Below, piece by piece: positions 57,654-64,000 of a DNA stretch of 64,000 bases (position 1 is its first letter; every line of letters begins with the position of its first letter). Position numbers and translations under genes: made by a program. This DNA comes from Blepharisma stoltei ATCC 30299 (lineage: Eukaryota > Protista > Ciliophora), in the NCBI GenBank assembly GCA_965603825.1, contig CBFDEM010000056.1, positions 186,001-250,000 on the forward strand, given 5' to 3'. Under the pieces are notes generated by a model. It made no database searches. It was not told where the DNA came from and worked only from the letters and a program-made list of their open reading frames with translations.

Positions 57654-59261
57654 ATGATCATTGAGACTACCCCTAAAAACTCATCAATTTTTTGCTCACA
57701 GCTGCTTTATATCGAGGAAAAGCCAATAAAAAAGCACCGAGATCACGATTATTTAATGCGTCTTCTTCCAGAAGTTATTCTTGAAGAGAGTTCGATAATG
57801 GTGAATCCTCCAGCAGACCCCACTTGCACTAAATTAAGTAGAGAAGAAGAATACACCCATTTACTAGAGCTCGAAAAAATCAAAGATAGCACAGAGCTCT
57901 ACCTAGTTGAGTCAGGCTGAATCAAAGAATGAGCAAGATATATAAACGGCAACAAATTGCCAGGAAAAATCAAAACTAAAAAATTGCTAGACATTGAAGG
58001 AAAAATTAAAAAAGGCTTAAAACTTAAAGTCGACTACAGGATTCTTAATAAAGCTCAATGGCTCTTCTTAAAAGACCGATATGGAGCAGAAATGCCAGCT
58101 AGATATGAAGAGTTATCTATAGCCAGTCATAAAAGACACAACTCCCAAGTCCTCTCAACAAATAATAAATTTACAGAAGAAATCTCAAAAACCGCCCACG
58201 ATAATTTAAATAAATCCTTTGATTTTACAACTGACCCTTATATGGATCCTAAAGAGTCAACATACACAAGCCCATCGAAATCTAAAGTTGACCCAGAGGA
58301 AGAAGTCCAGGTCGTCACTTTGATGGACGAAAACATTGAAGCTTCGCATTCTGATACAATATCATCAACAGGTGAAAATTCTAGCTTGCATATTGGACAT
58401 CCTCATGCTTTTAATGCTCCCACATTGCGAAGAGGAAAAGTTGGATTGGAAAATCCTGGGTTTTTTTGTTATATGAATGCAGGTATGCAGTGCTTAATGA
58501 GCATTGTGCCTTTTAGAGACTATTTTTACCAAATAGAGTTTTCGACAAATAAATTTGTATATGCTGAGCTTGTCAGTGAATTGACTAAATCAATTTTTAG
58601 ATTAAATAAAGGAGTTGTTAGGCCTGTTAGACTTTGGAAGTATATTAGCCAACATTTTTCTCCAGGAAAACAGCATGACTTGCCTGAGTTTATAAGATTC
58701 ACTATTAATAGACTAGAAAGAGAGCTTCCTGAAAATGTGCTTGCCAGAGATATTTTTAATGGCGTCACTAGCAGTTATCTAAAATGCAATTCATGTGGGT
58801 ATACTTCAATTACTAAGGAACCTTTTATTGATGTCCAATTAGAACTTAACTCTTCCATTATAAAAAGCATCCAAAGCTACACAAAAGACGAAAGTGTCTG
58901 CATTTTCTGCGAAGGCTGCAACTCAAGAGTAAACGCCACAAAAAAACTTATGTTTTCAAAAGCCCCAACCGCTTTAATTATCCAATTGAAGCGGTTCAGA
59001 TCCTTAGGTGGATCACAAAAATTAGATTTCCCGTGCAAATTTCACAAGTTTTTGGATTTAAGTCCATTTTGTGAAGAAAAAGCAGACTACAAACTTGTGG
59101 GAGCCGCTGTGCACTACGGATCAATTTTATCAGGACATTATGTTTCGTACTGTAAGAGAGGGAATTTTTGGTATGAATTTGATGACGCTATATGCTCTAA
59201 AACAAGCTTAAAAGAAGTCTTGGCAAAAAACCCTTATGTCATTGTTTATAAAAAATGCTAA
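57654..59261 (+). CDS. Ubiquitin-specific protease with an N-terminal DUSP-like domain
   Basis: YLVESGW(TGA)IKEW(TGA)ARYI..PGKI, GLENPGFFCYMN, QHDLPEF, IQLKRF, HYGSILSGHY and WYEFDD. Confidence 0.9.
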
Positions 59262-59280
59262 AATTAATTTTCTTTAAGAA

Positions 59281-61524
59281 ATGGGTAACACAGACAGCCG
59301 GACGATTTTCCGCGACCAAATCCAGCATTTATTGAACGAAAATATCCCTGATTCAGAAACTGAGTTTTGGGACATGTTTTTTACGCTGCCAGTTACAAGT
59401 GAAGATGTTTTTGCTATGGTCCTTTCTGATGACGTAAGAAAATTAATAGACGATAAGCCGAATAATCTTTACCACATCATTGAGTATAGCTTGATTTTTA
59501 TGGACGAAGCATGGCAGCAAGTGGAGGAATTGAATAGCAATAGAATGATCGCTGTCAACAACGCTGTCAGATTTTTGACAAGAATAGTCCCTTTTACTTT
59601 AGAAAATCAAGAACGCACAGGATTTTATGAGTTTTGGTGGGGAGAAAATCCACGAGCTTTTAGGCTATTAAAAGCCTGTGTAGGGCTGATGTTTACTCCG
59701 CTTTATTCAGTGGTTGCATCTTTACAGAGAACGAGCATTGATAATTTCAATCAAGTAGAGCTAGCTTTGTTGTGGAAAGGTGGGTTACTGACTCCTAATA
59801 TTGGTGAAGATGTAAGTACACAGATGTGGGATAATAGATATGAGTTACTAAGGCTGCTTTTGGCATGTATTGGAGAGAATATGTATGAAGAAATGAGTAA
59901 GATGAGCGAAAGAGTAAACCCATGACTTTGACTTTTGTGCTCACAAGCGATTCCATTTAGTGCACAGTTGTTTTATTCAATTGTGAATATATTGATTTCA
60001 TATGATCCGTATGGGATGTGAAACTTACCGTATGCTAGCTATTGGTCTTCAGCTGTAAAAGAGAGAGCGCTACAGAGCTCTTTAGATATTTTGGTTCTTA
60101 TGCTTGAATTTGTACCTCCAAATGATGAAAGACTTAATAAGTTAAAGCCTCATGAATTGAGGGCTAAACAGCTGATTGAAACTAGACAAGTTACGCAAGG
60201 GGCTTTATTTAGAAATGAAATGCAGTTGAGATTGAGGGATATCTCCAAAGATGAAGACTTTCAAAAAATAATTACAGGGTTTAACAAAATTGTAACAACT
60301 GGAATTGTTGCGCAGAACACATATCTCCCATCTTCTCAAAAAATAGTCCCCTGCACTGAGGAAATTTTGATTTTGCTTTGGCTACTTATAGAGTCTAATG
60401 AAAAATTTTATAACTATCTTATAAAAAGCAACGCAAAAGAGCTAATTGTGCCAATTATATACTGCATATTAGAAAAAATGGAATCAGTAAGCCACTATGG
60501 CTTATTGTGCATTATCACAAATATTTTAATCAAACTGAGTGAAAACAGAAAATTCTCTGTATCCCTCAATGCAAAGTATTCAGGCAATTTGCCAGTCAGT
60601 TTCCCTAATTTCAATGGAACTTATGCAGATGTTTTAATTATCACTGTTGGGAAAATCATTCAAGCTGGAAATCAAGCTTTAGAAGGAATATATCCAAGCT
60701 TGCTTATAATCATCACAAATATATCTCCATATCTCAAATCTCTATCAGTAGTTTCTTCACAAACAATCATGAGGTTTTTTGAAACATTTTCTTTACAAAG
60801 ATGGCTCCTTGCCTCTCCTACAAACCATTATTTGATTTTTTATGTGCTTGAAATCATTGCGAATTTAATCCAATACCAATGGCAAGCAAGCTCATATTTA
60901 ATTTTGTATATTATTAGAAAAAAAGATTTATTTGTAAAATTGAATAAATTGAAGCTGGAAGAGGAAGAAAACAATAAGGAAGAAACGAAAAAAAGCGAGG
61001 AAAGCAAAAAAAGCGAAGAGGCAGGAGTTGAGGAAGAAAAAATCCCTGAAAATAGAATTATTGGGCTACTTTCAGAAAGAGTTGAAGAAAAAGTGGTGAA
61101 TTCTTCGATTTTGCAAAGCCATGTAAGTGCTGAATCTGATGAAATTGAAAATACAAACACAGCACAGAATCTACCTAGTGAAGAAGATTGAAAGCCATCA
61201 CAACAATGGCTGGCTTCGTGAAAAAAGAAGCTACCTATGGCAGTTCCCATGATCTGCATACAGGAATTACTACCTGAGTTGGAAAGCTATACGTTGAAAA
61301 ACCCAAAATGCCAAGATAAAGAGTTAATTGACCTTATACAAGAAGAGGTGCTTGTTGGGATTTTACCAGTCCCGCATCCTATTGTAACGCGAAAATATTT
61401 GAATAATCCTATCACAAGATTGTGGCTATCATGCTCAATTTGGGGGATTATTTATTTGAAAAATCAATACATGCCTCTTTATGATCCAAAAAATATAAAA
61501 ATGTTCTCTGTGCAATTCGAGTAA
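59281..61524 (+). CDS. HID1: HID1/Ecm30 (dymeclin-like) Golgi protein
   Basis: MGNTDSR..FR, FWDMFF, EDVF, NISPYLKSLS, NLIQYQW..LILYIIRKK, W(TGA)KPSQQWLASW(TGA)KKKLP and VGILPVPHPIVTRKY. One frame. Confidence 0.9.
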
Positions 61525-61615
61525 TAATTTATTATTTTATTTACCTTTTAATAATTATATTTTGAAAAAGTTTAAAAGCACTATTATTTAAACAATTAAA
61601 AAAAATCATTTTGGT

Positions 61616-62554
61616 TTATTCAACATCAATAAATTCTTCAGGACTCTCAAGAATTTCTTTAATTCTATTTTGAGCTTTACCTGCGTACACCCCATCGCAA
61701 AATCTGTGATCAAAAGTATACAGTAAAGTGAGCATTTTTTCTACAGTTATTTTTCCATCAATAACAGTTACCTCATCACGTATAACAGAAAGTAAAATGA
61801 TGACCCCAACTCGCATAATACTAGGAAAAGGGGCATATCCCATTTCTATTCCTGTCATCCCAACATTTGTTATCACTGCTCCGCCAGCAGGAAATTTTTG
61901 TGTATTTAAAAATTTCAGCGGAATTCCAAGGGCAGCAACTATATAAGAAATGATTTCTATAACAATTCCAGCAATGCAAGATGGGATTAGTCAGAAAGGC
62001 TTGCTTGCCTTTTCATGTTTTCGTCTCTCTTCTCCGATTTTTAGCGATTTAACTTTTGTTTCTGCGTCTTCAATAATTTTCATCAACGATTTTTCTCCAG
62101 CATCTCTATAACAAAAATAAGCTAAATCTTTTCCATCATCAATAGAAACTAAGCACCCAATATCTGCATTTTCAAATGGAACAAAATTTCCCATTGAAAG
62201 ATGCCCGTTCAAGTCTGGGAATTCTTTTAAAGTCATCCCGACAGCTTTGCAGGCTAAATGAGTGATAGTGACCTTTTTCCCTGTTTTCTGATTAATTTTT
62301 TCAATTAGCCTAAGAGCGTTAGAAATCCTTATTTTTCGATGTGCAATAATCTCAGGACCATCAGGATCACTCCAAGAAGAAATTCGCTCTTTAGTGCTAT
62401 TTGTGTTATATTTCATATACCCTGAAGGTGTCAGAATAGCAGACAGCATAAAATAAGATCCCAAAAAGAAAGCATATATGATTATAAAAGTCCAATTATG
62501 GATTGCCACATAAATAATGACAGAAATAATCCCACAGACGCCAAGCCCATTCAT
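61616..62554 (-). CDS. Stand-alone 2-oxoacid dehydrogenase E2-type acyltransferase catalytic domain with N-terminal TM helices
   Basis: ORFs are joined by TGA=Trp at 61991. KVTITHLACKAVG..P.LNG, DIGCLVS, ITNVG and catalytic TFDHRFCDG. No lipoyl domain. Confidence 0.85.
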
Positions 62555-62592
62555 TATAAATTACCCTTTTTATTAAAAATGTTATGTTATTG

Positions 62593-63909
62593 CTACTCTT
62601 CTTCATTAATAACAACTGTGCTCTTTTCTTTGATATTTTTAATATTTTCAGGCTTTGTGTGTGCTCTTCTATTTCTTTCCTTTCTAAACTCACTCTCTTT
62701 TTGAATCTGTTTAATCTTTCTTGTCTTAAACAGATATCTTGGCAAATGTCTGTGCTTCAATATCCTTCTCATCTCTGGGACGTACTGATATTTCTTTTTA
62801 AGTCTTTCTCTATAATTTATTGCTTCCTGTTCTCTTGGCATCAAGGTCTTAAGCTGTTCGTCTGCTTTGGCTTTCCACACCCTCACATTTGTGTCATCAG
62901 AACCAGTTAGCACGAATTTTCCGTCACCTGTAAATTCCACTGCGTGAATCCACTGCATCCTTCTTGTGTGGTAAACTTCTTTGCTTCTGCCGTCTCTAAC
63001 ATCAAAAATCCTTACAGTTTTATCAAAAGAGCCTGAAGCAAATTCCCTGCCTGTAGGGCTGTAAGAAACACTTGTGACTGCATTTATATGGTCTTTGTGG
63101 ATTTTTATGGGCTCTGATAAATTTCTCATATCAAAAGTGTATAAGTTGGTGTCTTCGTTTGCGACTGTAAAATTCATTGGCTCCCTCGGGTTCCATGCAA
63201 AGTCATTAGATTTCATTTTAAGCGTGAATTTTTGCAAGCAGGAGTTCGCTCGAGTATCTATCAAAATAATGCTTCTATCAGTGACTGTGGTCCCTAGTAA
63301 ATGAAATTCAGTAGGGTTGTACTTAATCTTTGTAGTTGAGTCTGAGCCCCATTGGTATTCGCTTAAAGGCTCAGACCTTTTGAAATCCCACACCTGGACT
63401 CCATCATGTCCGCAAGAAGCAAATAAATCTCCTTCCCAAGAAATGTCTACTGCATTCAAGGGCATTGAGGAATTATAAATCTCTGAATTTCCATCAAAAC
63501 TCCATAGCTTTATCACAGAATCTCTTCCAGCAGAAGCAAAATAGTCTCCTCTCATGCTGAGACCATTGACAAAGCCTGCGTGGGCTTCATTCATCGATAA
63601 TTTGCAAGTCATTTTTGTAAGATCCCACAGCTTGATTTCACCATTGGCACTGCCTGAAACTGCAAGACTTAAGTACTTATCAGACCTTGCCAACGATAAA
63701 ACTGAATCTGTATGGTCTTTGAGCGCTGCTATAAAAGGCTTCGCAAAAATCTTTTCCAGCTTCGCAGCATTCAGTGCTCTGACGTACTCCCTAGCTTGTT
63801 GAAAAGGATGCAAAGTTGAGTCTGTGTTTTTGTGGCGCTTAAAAATATCGTTCTGTGTTTCTCTGGACTCTTCCTCTTGGATGCGGACTATGGTTTTTAC
63901 TTTGACCAT
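62593..63909 (-). CDS. DCAF13: DCAF13/SOF1 WD40 ribosome-biogenesis protein
   Basis: LHPFQQAREYVRALNAAKLEKIFAKPF, WNPREPMNF, YHTRRMQ, GSDDTNVRVWKA and a Sof1 C-terminal domain. Confidence 0.95.
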   Translation of the reverse strand: MVKVKTIVRIQEEESRETQNDIFKRHKNTDSTLHPFQQAREYVRALNAAKLEKIFAKPFIAALKDHTDSVLSLARSDKYLSLAVSGSANGEIKLWDLTKMTCKLSMNEAHAGFVNGLSMRGDYFASAGRDSVIKLWSFDGNSEIYNSSMPLNAVDISWEGDLFASCGHDGVQVWDFKRSEPLSEYQWGSDSTTKIKYNPTEFHLLGTTVTDRSIILIDTRANSCLQKFTLKMKSNDFAWNPREPMNFTVANEDTNLYTFDMRNLSEPIKIHKDHINAVTSVSYSPTGREFASGSFDKTVRIFDVRDGRSKEVYHTRRMQWIHAVEFTGDGKFVLTGSDDTNVRVWKAKADEQLKTLMPREQEAINYRERLKKKYQYVPEMRRILKHRHLPRYLFKTRKIKQIQKESEFRKERNRRAHTKPENIKNIKEKSTVVINEEE

Positions 63910-64000
63910 ATTAAATAATAATTTGGTTAAATAAATACTTAACGAGAAGTTAAGGGAAAGCTTTCTTAGTCATGATGTTGTAGAAGTCTTCTGGGGTTAC

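Noticed and set aside
2384-62554. Many genes apparently broken by premature stops (mass pseudogenisation or selenoproteins)
   Set aside because: The internal TGAs align to Trp rather than catalytic Cys/Sec positions, and the internal TAG/TAA codons lie inside 15-nt introns.
63940-64000. G/T-rich end (ggggttac) as a possible telomere
   Set aside because: There is no tandem telomeric repeat. This is just the window edge.

Overview
AT-rich, very gene-dense eukaryotic DNA that looks like the somatic (macronuclear) genome of a heterotrich ciliate, most likely Blepharisma. Two features explain why the standard-code ORF track is fragmented. First, TGA encodes Trp: it sits at conserved Trp positions and alternates with TGG between paralogs, and the gene models end only at TAA or TAG. 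Second, six 15-nt spliceosomal introns (GTA-N6-A-NN-TAG) interrupt genes. Re-reading with these rules gives about 37 protein-coding genes and 2 probable pseudogenes. Recognisable genes are Ran (two tandem copies), an NDR kinase, a CAMK-type kinase, two USPs, PP2C, a CBM48-PTC7 phosphatase, a purple acid phosphatase, DCAF11, DCAF13/SOF1, TIM50, HslU, RFC4, SAS6-like and HID1. The most unusual elements are: a tandem array of three ~1,215-aa receptors (Venus-flytrap ligand-binding region plus about 9 TM helices, diverging at putative ligand-contact positions); a His-brace-less LPMO-like/EGF surface protein; a Gag-like coiled-coil/zinc-knuckle gene; a (Asp-Asp-X)n His/Cys/Trp repeat protein; and a membrane-anchored stand-alone E2-type acyltransferase. 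I saw no rRNA, tRNA, CRISPR array, telomere or intact transposon. All family assignments come from motif recognition by eye, not database searches.
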